From: Amphiscolops sp. MND2022
Taxonomy: Eukaryota
Direction of reading: 5' to 3'
Assembly: GCA_964187785.1 (NCBI GenBank)
Contig: OZ076409.1
Span: 27,964,001 to 28,028,000 of the forward strand
DNA length: 64,000 nt
Within the stretch, counting starts at the first letter, position 1. Each line of letters begins with the position of its first letter. The notes beneath the pieces were generated by a model. That model was given only the letters and a program-made list of their open reading frames with translations. It searched no databases and was not told where the DNA came from. The translations under genes and the position numbers were made by a program. Shown here in pieces: positions 20,444 through 33,193 of the stretch.

Positions 20444-23400
20444 TTTTTTTTCGAACTTCGGACGCAAAATTTTCTAAAATTAACGAATGCTTTTTTCTGT
20501 TCTAAATTCTGTTCGACAACCACATGTGCAGTCAGAAATTGACCTGCATGACACTTGACTCATTGGACATCTCTCTAGTTATATACCTCGTGAGCAAAAA
20601 AAAGTTGTAATTGTAATTGGAATTGGACACCAACTGAGCGGCAGGATATCTTCCACCCCAAAAACACTCTGGCAACGATATGATCGTTGGGCTCGAGCGT
20701 AACCCTTTACTATAAAAATGCTAAAAAATTTTAAAATGTGAAAGTTTCCACACTTTTCGGATGAACCATGGGAAACAAAAACAACTCAATTTTCTTCTAA
20801 ACAAGAGTGAAGTAAGTAGCTGTTTGCTTTGCTGTTGAGCTCTGTGGATAGCCATACCCACTTAAACATTCTAAAACGGCCAACCATTTGCAAAACGTCG
20901 GAAATTGAGAAAAAAAGAAGAAAAAAATCAAGGAAAACTTTCACGTTTCGTTCTTGAAAAGCAATGTTACAAAACATTCAAAAACCAGACGAAAAGTGCA
21001 ACTTTAGTATCAAAAACTGAAACTTTGTATTATAACCTGCAGATTTGTCCCCAGTCCCTAAAAAAACTGAAAGGGGACCCGGTTTTGTATGTTACGCGAA
21101 AAAAGGAACAACTAATATAGTTCAGTTCTTTGGGTCAAATTGTACAATTTGACCCCTTAAATTTTTGTAGAACTTGTAGAGATATTTGGGTCAGTTCGTG
21201 TGGATTGAAAAAAAGGTCACTTGGATAGTCGCGCTTCACTCCAAAAAACGCTGACTGAAAATGGAATTGTTGGCTCTTCTCGTATAATTTTAGTGGTTTT
21301 TAAAAAGATTCAAATATCTTTTGTAGTGACAAGTAAGAATTCAACAAGACTCCCGCTGAGCATCGGGATTTTTTCCGTAATAAATGTAACGCATCAGCAC
21401 GTCTTCGAACACACAGCCCCGTGGCTGCCATGCATATGCACTTTCAACTGCGCCATGGTGCCTAGAATATCCAAATTAGTATTAACTAAATAGAGTAATA
21501 AAGTGGAGATTTGGCAGAATTTGGAAAAAACGCAACACATCATGATTTTCCTCCCCCATTAAATATGGGCGGAAAATAATAACAAAACTATTTATATGTC
21601 ACTTTATTTCTCTTGAAGAAACTCTTTAGTTGGGATGGAAGTTAATAAGAACAGCGCTGCTTAGTTAGTAAGTTTTCCTTCCTATATGGAAATACGGAAA
21701 ATTCATGCCGCCGCTAGCCTTGAAAATTCAGTAAGGTTTCAGTGTTAAATCTTGTAGAATTACACAGCATTTTTCACAACTGTAATTAAATTTGAAAATA
21801 AATCAACCTTCCAGAACAAAACGATCATGTTGTATTTCCTCGTTGTTTTCTCAACTTCTCATATCGTGTGATCACCTCAACAAGGACACTAAATATGACT
21901 AAGGTGCAGTTTATTTCGCGACTGAACTTATGTTGCCTCAAATTGACGGTGAAACTAATCGCAAATTATTTGCATTTAAGATTATAACTTTTTGCCTATG
22001 AAACATGCAGAAGTTCAAAGATTAAAATAGCTGTCAAGACTTTGTTGAATCTTTCAAAAAGCGTGATAACAAAACACAGGGATACATTTTCGCACGAGTT
22101 TCCCTAAGAATTTTGGAAAACCATAAAAACGTTGCAGGCAAGATTGAAATGCATGCAAAACGTCCAAGCAATTTCGAACAGAATTTCCCAAAAAATGATT
22201 TTTTATGTAGCTATTAAGTAAATTTTACGGTTGCATTGTTCCATGTATTTGAGTCCATGGTATGTGTGAGTTCATTTTTAGTCGGCGCTTCATTAAATAT
22301 AAAAAAATGCGACTGTCATAGGGGTTTGAGTTTCACTAAGGATGAGGCAGAGGTTCAAACGAGGAGCTTCCATTTGTCCCAGCACGCTGTATCCGGACTT
22401 TTGATGTTTTATCCGAAGTAAATTGCGTTTTACTTAGAAGGAAGCGGACGTTCAAATTTTTTGCTTTATATCTGAATTGGATCGTTACACCCCAAGGTAA
22501 TTGCTTAACGCCAAGCAAGAGGCGTACATGCTCAGCAGGTATAATGCTTTGGTTTTCTTTAACAAGAGGCCATGCTTTTACTTACTACAACTCTAAATGT
22601 CACTTTTTCCTAAAAGTTGTCTCTCAAATGGGGCTTTTCTAACGTCAAGGAAACTAGTCATTTAGAGCTCCGAGGCGACCTGCCGGCACGCTCAAAGTCC
22701 GGAAACGTCCCCGAAGCACGTGAAAACGAATCCTAACTCCTTCGTCTTCCTACATACTCCCGAAATCCAAAAAGGCAATTATCTGAAACCATTATATCGT
22801 GGAAATATGATGAAATAAAGGAATCTCTAACAGATCAAGCATCATAATACACCTGCAAATAATTGCTAATTGATCACAGTGTATGCCAAGAAAAACATCT
22901 TAAACAGTCTGAGACAGTTTTTGGTTTGCGGAACAGACCATGACAAAGTTTTTTTCGGAGTTCCGGGTGTGTCCGCATTTCATGGGAATGACTTGAAAAC
23001 TCTCCGATTGAATGCGTATGGGTGTAATGGCACAACACTGTGTGTTCTAGGGCTTTTACAGGTAATCCGGGGGTACTCTATCCGTGTGTTTTCTGTGTTT
23101 TCGTTTTCCGGGTGTTCTCTCTCTCTCTCTCTCTCTCTCTTTGAATGGATTTTGGGGTACCTGCCAGGTCGGCCATGTCACAATTTGAACTTTTCAAAAG
23201 TTTTCTAACGTGCCATTAAAACGGTTGACGTTAGATACCAAGGAGGAGCCGGAGATTCGAATTAAGGTGCTCCCCTCGGTCGAGCACGCTATATTCTAAT
23301 TTTTTTGACGTTATGTCCAAAGTAAGTTGCGTTTTTTTATGGATGAGATGAAAATTTGAAAATTTTGCGCCAATTTTGGGACGTTATGTCAGAGAAGCGC

Positions 23401-23985
23401 TAGTATTTGTGCCAACAGGATATATCGGTCCTTTTGACGCAATGCCCGAAGTAAAGCAAACTCAACCTTCAGGCTGAAAAGGGTCCTTCTGTTTTTGGGT
23501 ACTGTTAAAAAGAATACTTGCCGCTTTGAAGTACTTTTGTTTGCTGTTTTTGAGCCCTAAGCGGGGCGCCGATTCAAGCCGTCCCCGACTTGTTTCCAAT
23601 AATCTTTGCCAATGGTAGTCATAAAGAAACAGCTTGAGTTCAAAGATGCCCAGATGTTTCATGAATTTTCAAACTGAATAGTTGGGACAGAAATCAACTT
23701 AATTGACATTCAGAACGGCCACATAGTTTTTCAGAACGGCCACAACTATTATATTTTCTAGTTTTCAATTGGTTTAAAGTCGATAATTTACGTAAATTGA
23801 TTTTCAGTTCTGATTGCCGCCAATCACAGCGCTTCCACTGCTTCAAACACCATTGAAAAAGGAGTATTATTTGCAAAGCTTCAATTTACGGATTGGCTAC
23901 CAGGAGCGGCAACGAAAAACGTGGCTGATTTTCAACTGAAGCTCATCGTCATTACTGAAATTTGTTCTCGCTTCGTAGTTCTGAT

Positions 23986-24151
23986 ATGGAAGTTTCAAAT
24001 TCCACAACTCTTGCTCCGGAATTTGAATCGAAACAGTTCCAGGTGGAAACTTGTACGATATCCAACATTGTTTTGAGTTCGATCGGAGCTCTGGGAAACA
24101 TTCTTCTATTCGTAGTATCTGCAATCATCGTGAAGAAAGAGAAGAAAGCTG
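23986..24151 (+). CDS. Rhodopsin-class (family A) GPCR, exon 1 (N-terminus and TM1)
   Basis: MEVSNSTT (N-glycosylation sequon) ... IGALGNILLFVV (TM1 GN motif); phase-1 donor G|GTACGT. Confidence 0.8.
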
Positions 24152-24963
24152 GTACGTCGACAGATTATTCAGGTTTTATAATAACAAAAAATACTTGCCT
24201 TTTGCAAGTTTGAAACTTTTCGAAAAGACAGCTTTACAAGTTCCGTTTTTGATAACTTCTAGTGAGACTTGCCTGTTGAATAAAGCACTTGAAACTTGAC
24301 AAGTCTAAACCTCAAGCGAGAGTTGTATCAAAACCTCGATGCTCTTTGTCTTTTATGAGGAAACAGTCAAAAGTGGCTCAACGAAATGAGCAAAAACTAT
24401 GTTAACAAGGATACTGAGTAAAAACAAGATAAAATTCAACCCATGTAAGCCTTTGAATGATGTTTAAACGAGAACCGAAAACATCTTTACTTCGAATTGT
24501 TATTACTCCAATGTTGTTTGGCTCGATTAGTGTGAGCATTAGGTTTTCATACAACCGCTACAAGAGCTACGTAGTTGTGGAAAATTGGAGACAAAAAACA
24601 GCTTGAGGCAGTGTTTGTGAAAAATGAGGAGAAAACAATTTTTTAAGACAAAATTGTTTCTCAGCGTCATAAAATCTATGTTTGGGACTTTATACAACGG
24701 GCATTATACAATTTTGTAGAGGCAAAAATCATTTTCCGGACTTGGTAAATATTCAGCTTCGTTTCATAGTAAAGTTCGATGATGGTATGATATTAAGTTT
24801 TCAATAACAATTTTGCTTCATCACACCAAAATGAAAAATGCAAAATTTACTCGACTATCAATTCTTGGACAAGGGATGACATAAATTAACGGCGTGTAAA
24901 AATGTGACATTCACGTGACAAACTGGATTCGCATAAGTTGATGACATATGCGTGTAATGGAGT

Positions 24964-27900
24964 CCCGGGTCGACCCTCCATGGATATCTCAGTAAGATCT
25001 TGGCAAGATCCTGGAACAATCTTGACTAAGATCTTGTCAAGATTTTGCAATGGTATTCATTTTGCCATAGTAAGATCTTATCAAGAGAGCCGTGTTCCCA
25101 ATAGAAACTTTTATTGCAAAATCCTATTTGTCCACAAAAAATCTGAAAGAAAGTCATCAAACATCAACATCTATGCAGATTTACATTGTCAGACTTGACA
25201 ATTTTCTGTCAAAGTCAAAGTGTACTATAAAATGCAAAACCAATACCGGTGTCAGAAAAGCCTCGAGCTGAATCATTATCCAAACCGGACAATTACCACC
25301 ATTTCCAGCAGTAATACGGCTGCTGAAATAGACTCAAAGAAAGACGGAGATATGAATTTACAAATATTTCAGGATTTTAAACGTTCCTGTGTAACTTTCG
25401 ACAGTGGCTCTGGATATTTGAGAATATTTTTCTCTCATTTGAGAGAATTTCGGAAGCCAGAATAAGTAACCAGACTTTTTCGCACATTTTGCATGTAAAT
25501 TGTTTCAGCAGGTTGAAGCATTTTGATTATGAAAATGAGCAGAAAAAGTCGTTGTTGGGTGACATGAGCATTTAGACTGAGTCTCGACTGCTTGCACCGA
25601 AGGTATAGTAATTTTATTGTCATAAGCGTTGTCTGTGTGTTTGTCATCGAGACGATTATGGGCAGGTTCACTTCTCAAATTCTTCTTGGCCTTTTCACTG
25701 CGGAAGTGTTTGGCAATAGATTCCGGTCTCTCGGCCGGAACGTGACATCCCTTTTGTGTCACGTCCTGATACAGCTATAATGGCGTTTTGGATCTGAGGC
25801 AATACCTGATCGCTATTGGCATCGTTAATAGCCCTTTGGATCTGAACACTAACATTGTTCATCATCTCATCAATCTCTCTAGATATTCTCGAGTTGAGTT
25901 CACTTGACAACGTGTTGATCTCAGCACTAGAGTTATTGCTAGTAGAGTTTTGGCCGCAATCGGCATTGTTAGTCTGTCTGACCTCTCTGGGATTTGAGTA
26001 CAAGTTTTCCTCATTATTCTCAGAGGCGTTGCAATTAATACTATCAAATCTTCTAGGAAGGTTGCTATTCACGCTTTCCTCTCTTTCAAAGTGATTTCCG
26101 CCTAACATCACATCTAGTTTTCTATGTCCGATAACATTTCTAGTCCTCTTGACTTTCTTGCCTTTTTCTGTCTTCTCGTAGTAGGCATGAAGAAATCCTG
26201 ATTGCGTTATTTAAATTGAGAAATCAGTTCTATCTTTTAAGGCAGGTGATTATTGGCAGAACTAAAACAATTGTGTCCCTCTCAAGGGAGATGGGAGTAT
26301 ATATAGGTCCCCAAGAGAGTGACTATCACATTTTTTACATTCTTTAATAAGTCAGGTGACATACCAATCATTCAACAACATCATTTCTGAATTACATATA
26401 TCATAGAAGGCGTTTTAACAGATTACATACATTTCACCAAATTCAAATATGTGCTTCAAAGGGAAGCGGAAGAATTTGGCCTCGCAATAGTAAACAAATG
26501 GGTTTGACTGAACATCGGAGCTGACACTTCAAACTGCTGTGTATGACAAAAAGAATTCAAGGTATTTTACGGCAAGTGCAAGCGTGTGCAAACAAGTTCA
26601 TCTAGTACAAAATCAACAGCACGATTTCATGCACAATTGGGATAACACAATATTATAGCCCTGTACGGCCATCTGACTAGGAAATTGATTGTTAGGAGTG
26701 GCTGGACTAGGCACAGGGACAGGTAGTTAAAATTACTGCTAATGATTGTCGGCTACTTCAACCGGGCTCAAGAGGCTTGTTAAGGCTTTCTAGTATCAAT
26801 ATGGCACTACATGACTGTAAAACATAAAATATTAATACTTCAGAACATTTCAAATAATAATTAGAAAAACGGCCTGAACCGGCCTTTCGCCTATTGTCCT
26901 GAATAGTTAACACATCATAGCGTCAAACGGCCATATGCGGCCAGTTAAATTAAAAATGCACAGAGTGCAGTAAATGAAACGGTTTCATTGGTTGAAATAA
27001 CGAGCTCTAGTGACGTCTCCGGAATAGAAGTTCGTTCACTCGAATTCGTTTCCGTTTAACTGCTTGCTTGTATGCTGTTATAACTGCATTGATTACTTTA
27101 TAGCACTGCAAATTTTGATACATTGAGCATCTCAATTTGAATCTTTCAATTGTGAGCTTTAACGGACTAATACTGAATAAGACAATAAAAATATGCAAAA
27201 CATTAGGTAAAAAGAAGACCATTTATTCATGTCTGCGTAGTTCTTACTGTAATAGACGCGGAGATAATAGTTTCCTGTAACGAATTCAGTGAGCGAATCT
27301 CTGAACAGCAGCATAAATTGGAAAGACTCAGTTTACCTGAGTCTATTCAACTTATGTGGCTGTTTAGAGATTGGCTCACTGAAAGTAGTACGTAAAAACT
27401 TTTTAAATATTTGACAGAGCGGCTATATTGTGAAAAGATCAAGATTCGAAACCAAGACCCACCGTGTATCAGCAGTAATGGGGCTGCTGAAACAGGCTCA
27501 AAGAAAGCTGGAGAGTCTAATTTACAAAAACTTCCGGATTCTAAACGTTCCTTGTGTAACTTTCCGACAGTGGCTACGGACGTTTGAGAGTTTTTTGTTC
27601 CGTCTCTGGAATCGACAGGAGTGATGAGTTACAAGTTTTCAGGAGCCCTCGAAATAAGCTTTCTTTCGGTACAATTCCATTTTTCAGTCTCAAACAAGTG
27701 AGGAGTTATTAGAATTCTTATCAGAATTTCGGAAGCCAGAATACGTTATCGTAGTTTCGTACATTTTTACATGCCAATCGGATTCAGCAGGTTGAAACAT
27801 TTTGACTATGAAACCGAGAAGAAACAGTCGTTGTTGGGTGAAATGTGCCTTTAGATTGAGTAGCGGCTGCTTGTACCAAAGATATAGTGTTTTATAATCT

Positions 27901-28001
27901 CAGAAATTTTCGATCTGAGTAAGATTCGGTCTTGGGAAAACGGTACTTCTTCGTAAGATTTCGCAATGGCTGCCAAGATGCTAGTAAGGGGGTCAACCCG
28001 G
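24964..28001. mobile_element. Probable non-autonomous DNA transposon with imperfect TIRs and a diverged internal direct repeat
   Basis: cccgggtcgaccc at 24964 versus gggtcaacccgg ending at 28001; subterminal (agt)aagatct repeats; about 25305-25617 resembles about 27470-27895. Confidence 0.45.
25618..26350 (-). mobile_element. LTR fragment or solo LTR of a third related Gypsy family, containing a frameshifted Gag N-terminus (upstream boundary not found)
   Basis: ATG at 26188 gives MPTTRRQKKARKS..., then coiled-coil-like SSELNSRISREIDEMM..., ending ...DNAYD at an LTR-type ...ATGACA terminus (25618). TATA-like sequence near 26298-26304. No PBS follows. Confidence 0.6.
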
Positions 28002-28642
28002 TCTATCAAAAATTATTTAGAAGTCTTTTTGTTGTCTATTCTCAAAAAAAGTCACGCATTGATATTTTTGGCAGTTTTTACTCAGATATTTATCCAATTA
28101 AATCCTCCAGGGAAATTCTCAAATGTGAAAAAAAACATTTCCACAATGTCTAGCTAAAAATGTAACCTTTTGACGCGATAAAATGGTGGTCGAAATTGGT
28201 GCTACTTTGTGTAGGAAAAAGTGTTTTGTGTCCGTGAAATCCCGTGTTCCTTGAAAGTTACTAAGAATTTCTAATTACGTATGAATTTATGCATTCAAGC
28301 AAAAACCATTCAGGAGCGTTAGGCTGGAATTAAATATTTTGGATGAAATGTTTCCTGTGAAAGAATGAAGAAAGTTTTAAAAATGAAATCTATAAATTTT
28401 TTGAAATGTGATTTGAAACTTGTATCAATCTAAGAAGAAAGTTCATTTCCCCAATTCCGCTGGGTGGGCGCGGAATGAGCAGTTCTGTTTTTCGAAGTCG
28501 GCGCCCTTTCGGATACTATCTCCCCATAGCACGCTATGGTACCATATTTGCAGCCAAGTGGTCAAGCAATGGTGCGGCTTGAAGCTGTGGTTTCAAAGTG
28601 ACTTGCTCAGGGTCACAAAAGTCTGAGTACTCACCGTTGCTC

Positions 28643-28821
28643 TTTTTTTTGTTTTTGTTTTTTTTTCGCCGCCAAATGCGTTATTTTTTGCCGTTGACCA
28701 TATCATTAAGCTAGAGATGAAGGACTTGCTTAAGACCCAACAATGGTGAATTGAGAGAGATTCGAACCTGGTACTGCCCCGGTACAGGCCGAATGCTCTA
28801 ACAACTAAATCATGACCCCCC
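28643..28821 (-). mobile_element. tRNA-derived SINE
   Basis: Degenerate tRNA-like head (A-box-like tgatttagttg, B-box GGTTCGAATC), followed by a non-tRNA body and an A-rich tail. Confidence 0.65.
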
Positions 28822-28876
28822 AATTTCATAATGTGAAAATTATATCAAACAAACTTTGATTGAATTTCAATTTCTT

Positions 28877-29076
28877 NNNNNNNNNNNNNNNNNNNNNNNN
28901 NNNNNNNNNNNNNNNNNNNNNNNNNNNNNNNNNNNNNNNNNNNNNNNNNNNNNNNNNNNNNNNNNNNNNNNNNNNNNNNNNNNNNNNNNNNNNNNNNNNN
29001 NNNNNNNNNNNNNNNNNNNNNNNNNNNNNNNNNNNNNNNNNNNNNNNNNNNNNNNNNNNNNNNNNNNNNNNNNNNN
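28877..29076. other. Assembly gap (200 N)
   Basis: Run of N. Confidence 1.
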
Positions 29077-29500
29077 CATTGTCAGATCTAGGAAACAGGT
29101 TGAAACAACTGTTCGAAAACTTGTAGAAAAACGTTTCGCCGCAAATTCCTGTGAATCTTTCATCCAGGCTTATTTTGTCAGAGTCATGTGCAATGAACAA
29201 AAATCACCGCTGTAGTACATTTTAAAAAAGATAGATATTTCAAGCGATTATGCAACTATAAAAGCTCAATCATGTGTAAATTTGAAAATTTCAGTCATCA
29301 ATTGAAAAAAAAATGAATTTTTGACGCAGAAGTGCTTTATATGTTTCTTTGAATCAGTGTCCAAAATTTAAAAAAAAAGGTTTCCGGATAAATTACAGTT
29401 GATAGTGGGCTTATTAGAATTTTAAAACGTCTATCATGTTTTGAAATTTGAGTCCGTAGATAAGCTATTGTACATCTAACATCAAACTCCCGTTTTACAG

Positions 29501-29987
29501 GTTGTGTTATAATCTGCTGGTTGTCCATTATTGATATGTTCATCATGTTGGACTCTACCGCGGATTCAATTTTGAAATCCCAATGGGCGCTCATCCCATT
29601 CAAGGAAACGCTTTGCCGTATTCATACTTGGTCGTTTTATGCCACTGTGTCAATATCGGCTAACTTGGTTTTAACTCTGGCCGTAGAACGATTTTACGCA
29701 ACGTATTTTCCGTTCAAGTACCAGGAACAAAGTTCTGTTTCAAATACCAACAAGGTATCATTTGGGTGTGTATTGGTTGGGCTACTCTTAGCTTCTCCTC
29801 TTGCAAGTATTCACGCCATCGATGGAGGCCACACTTGCTTCGGTCTGGCCGATTATATGAACGAAACAGTGGCAGTCACAGCAATGATGTTCCAGAGATA
29901 TTTTGTCACCTTTACACCTTTGTTGCTGATGTGCGTTTTGAATGCTCTCATTGTGATACGGATTTTTGCGCGTCCTCGGTCAAAAAG
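29501..29987 (+). CDS. Rhodopsin-class GPCR, exon 2 (TM2-TM5)
   Basis: Acceptor ttttacag; LSIID (TM2), CRIH (conserved Cys), LAVERFYATYFP (DRY-like), TM5 TPLLLMCVLN; phase-2 donor AG|GTTGGT. Confidence 0.88.
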
Positions 29988-30975
29988 GTTGGTCAACGAT
30001 GTCAAACAGTTTCAAGTCTTCTTTTAAAAAATGTTGAGAAGTCATTTTCGGTCTAGAGGCATTTTCTGTTGAGAAGAAAGTGAACATATACTGTGCGTAA
30101 TAGGAAATTAGACGAAACATCTAGGCTCAACAACTCTTTATCCAATTACCCCATAACGACAAACTTTGCAACACATTTACATGTAACAGTTATTTAGAGA
30201 TTGTAGCGGACGTGAGAGGTTTTGTTCAGATATTTTTCCTCGCAATTTTTTACTTGTTGCTTCGAAAACTGTATGTGTAACAATGAAAACTAAAAGACAA
30301 GCGAGAGTTACACTTGAAGCTCACTACACTGCAGGTCAAATAACAGCTCAATTATTAGTAACAATTTTTCCACAGTTTATTAGGGCCACGGTATATAATA
30401 AATTCAACCACTTCAAGAAATTTGGGACACATTCCAGGCAGGCTGGAATTGGACGACCCAAGAAACTTTATAGGAACGATATGAAAAAATTGTGCAAACT
30501 TGTAGAGCAATCCTGTCAAATTTTTGCAAAAGGACTTTCTGAGATGCTGGAGAGCCGGGGACGAGTTAAGGTATCAGAACGGACCATTTAACGAGCACCG
30601 AGTCATCTGGCTTCTGAAAGAAAAAAGCCAACTTTATACAAAATCTCACAAACGACCCAAAACAATCAAAGGTGATTTTTTTGCACAAGAATGCAAGACT
30701 ACAGCTGGTATAATGCATTTACTACCGATGAATGTTTTTCCTATGTCCATCGCAATACTTTGATGCATTGCTACCGTTGATGCCGACCCTCGATTATGAT
30801 CCCAAATTTTTCCCCAAAAGTTATGTTTGGGGGGTTTTAAGCTCCAAAGGATTCTATCTAAAAGTGGGGACGGGTACTGTGGATAGCAGAAAGTACTGCC
30901 AGATTGACTTCATTCCGTTTGCAAAATCATTATTTCCGGAAGGATGAGTACTGCAACAGGACGGAGCGGCACCAC

Positions 30976-32001
30976 TGTCATGCCTGATGCATGAAAATAC
31001 AAACAATGATGTGAATAACCATCCTACAAACTAAAGATGAGAAATAAACCGGCAAACAGCGAACGAATATTAACAAAGAAAAAGAATGTGGCGCACCAAA
31101 CCAAACCACATCACAAAACTTGAACTCGAATTTGCCAAATGCATCATTTTTATTCAATTCCCAAATAACTTTGCTCTATTCACCCATATTTCATACATTT
31201 ACTACATATACTCTGTAAACCAAATTCGCGACTGTTTAGTTGACTGTGAAAGTAATGTGGGTGATGCACCATCATTAGATTTTCGTTCCAATATTATTAG
31301 TCCTGTGATCAATATATACAGTAACCGTTTACTCATATGAAGCTAGTAGTGAAACCACATCATAATACCAAGTATTGAGTCATGTAACCATAGCAATGCA
31401 ATTGTCTTTTATTTCTATGCTACGACAAAATTGCGCAATTACTGATCAGGTTGTGAATGAACGCAGTGATATGATTGGTTGATGTGGTCACGTGACAAAC
31501 GTCGCAATAATTGACACCAGACAAAATAGTACAAGCAGTAGATTTTGTAAAGTTACAACGTGCAGTTGCTTACCACATCAGTATCTTGATATCATAATTT
31601 TCGACATTTCCAACTTATTACTTTCAATAATCAAAAATTTTAAACTCCTACGCTTTTCTTTATGGTCAACACTAGATCTAGAACAGCCAGAAATACTCAT
31701 TAGAATATGAACGGAACATACAAGTACAGTGATGTTGAAAACGAAAGTAGTATTCCCGAAGTTCTCACGAGAGAACAAATGAATGACTTCGACAACGGAA
31801 ATCTATTGGACTACAGAAATGAATCAGAACACCATACAGTAAACCAACGGTTCAATCAAATGAACAAGCAGACTAGCGACTTAACAAACCTAGTTCTCGC
31901 GTTAACTGAAAAAATATCCTCCAACGATAAGATATCCTCTAGCAATAGAGGAGGGAACGACCTTAACACGGTCTCAATCGGACATGAGACCCGTTCCGAC
32001 A
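30976..32001 (+). repeat. 5' LTR of element B (1026 bp)
   Basis: Diverged direct repeat of 45325-46351 (several percent mismatches by eye). Confidence 0.95.
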
Positions 32002-33193
32002 TAGTGACAGGAGCTCCAACGACCAACCATCTGCCGAATCCACTACGTCAATCTACCTCGCAATACCCTCAGCCATCTGCCCACCAGTTCGATGACATCG
32101 TCACTGAAATCCACCACCTGAGGGACACCATGACGGATACAGTACAACATCCGAAAATATTGCAGACACAAGTTCCACTTTTCCAAGGAAATCGGGAAAA
32201 ATACAATGAGTTTGAGCACCTACTGCGCAATCATCTCAGGCCACACCAGCACAAATTGTCAGAAGAGCAGAAACTGACATACTTCCAAAGCCTGCTGCGC
32301 GACGACGCCATTGAATTTTGGCAATCGCTGAAGATGACAAACCACATCACACTAGCGCAAGTCTTGCGTTACTTCAAGAAGGAGTACGCAAAAGAAGACT
32401 TGAAAGAAGTGGCCAACGACAAGTTTGACCAGATGCACTACAACCCTTCAGCTGAGACCTTTAATGACTTCCTCAACAAGTTCAAAAATGTAGCGAAACA
32501 AGCATTTGGGGACAAGTCCAGTGACATAACAGAGACATTTCTGTTCACCAAACTCCCCGTTCAAATGCAAAACGAATTGGCCTTGGCAGGCAAACACGAC
32601 GCATCGATGGAAGAAATCCGGACATTTGTGCAACGCAGATGTCAATATGCGCAGCTCATCCCAAACACAACCAGTGCGCAACCGTTCAACCAGATAAGCG
32701 CACCCCAGCCAAATGTAGCCGCGCCTCAGGCATCTAACGCCCAACACCAGCGAAACAGGGAGACAAAGCGAAAATTCGATGGCCAATGCCGCCACTGCGG
32801 AATGCACGGACACAAGTGGGCAGAATGCAGAAAACGCCTCCGGGAGGAAGCACAAGCCAAACCTCCGAGCCCAACCCCGCATAAACTAGCCCAACCCACC
32901 CAAACTCAGGAGACCAGGCCAAAATACAACTCCAAACTTGTGTGCCAAATTTGTGGCAAGGTGGGACATTCCGCTCGAGACTGCTACTACAGGAATACGA
33001 CGACGTCAGCCTACCGAAGCGTCCCGTACCCTATGCAGTCGACCGAGGAAAACAGACAATTCAGAAGAGATTTCAAACAGACCAACAGCAGGGTCTACAA
33101 CGCAAACGAACTGTCCCACACCACCAACGATGAGACCGACAATGCTGAGGAAACGGAACGACACGATGACTAGAAGATCCAAAAAACTTCTAA
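31662..33193 (+). pseudogene. gag: gag of element B; starts inside the LTR, with a nonsense TAG at codon 14
   Basis: ATG 31662 (MVNTRSRTARN) is in frame with ORF 31707-33173, and the 3' LTR has TCG at the TAG position. Knuckles CRHCGMHGHKWAEC and CQICGKVGHSARDC; AAAAAAC at 33181-33187. Confidence 0.88.

Noticed and set aside
28740..28821. Possible tRNA gene
   Set aside because: Acceptor and anticodon stems do not pair properly, and it continues into a body and A-rich tail, so it is a SINE.
28826..29215. ORFs spanning the N run
   Set aside because: Artefacts of the assembly gap.
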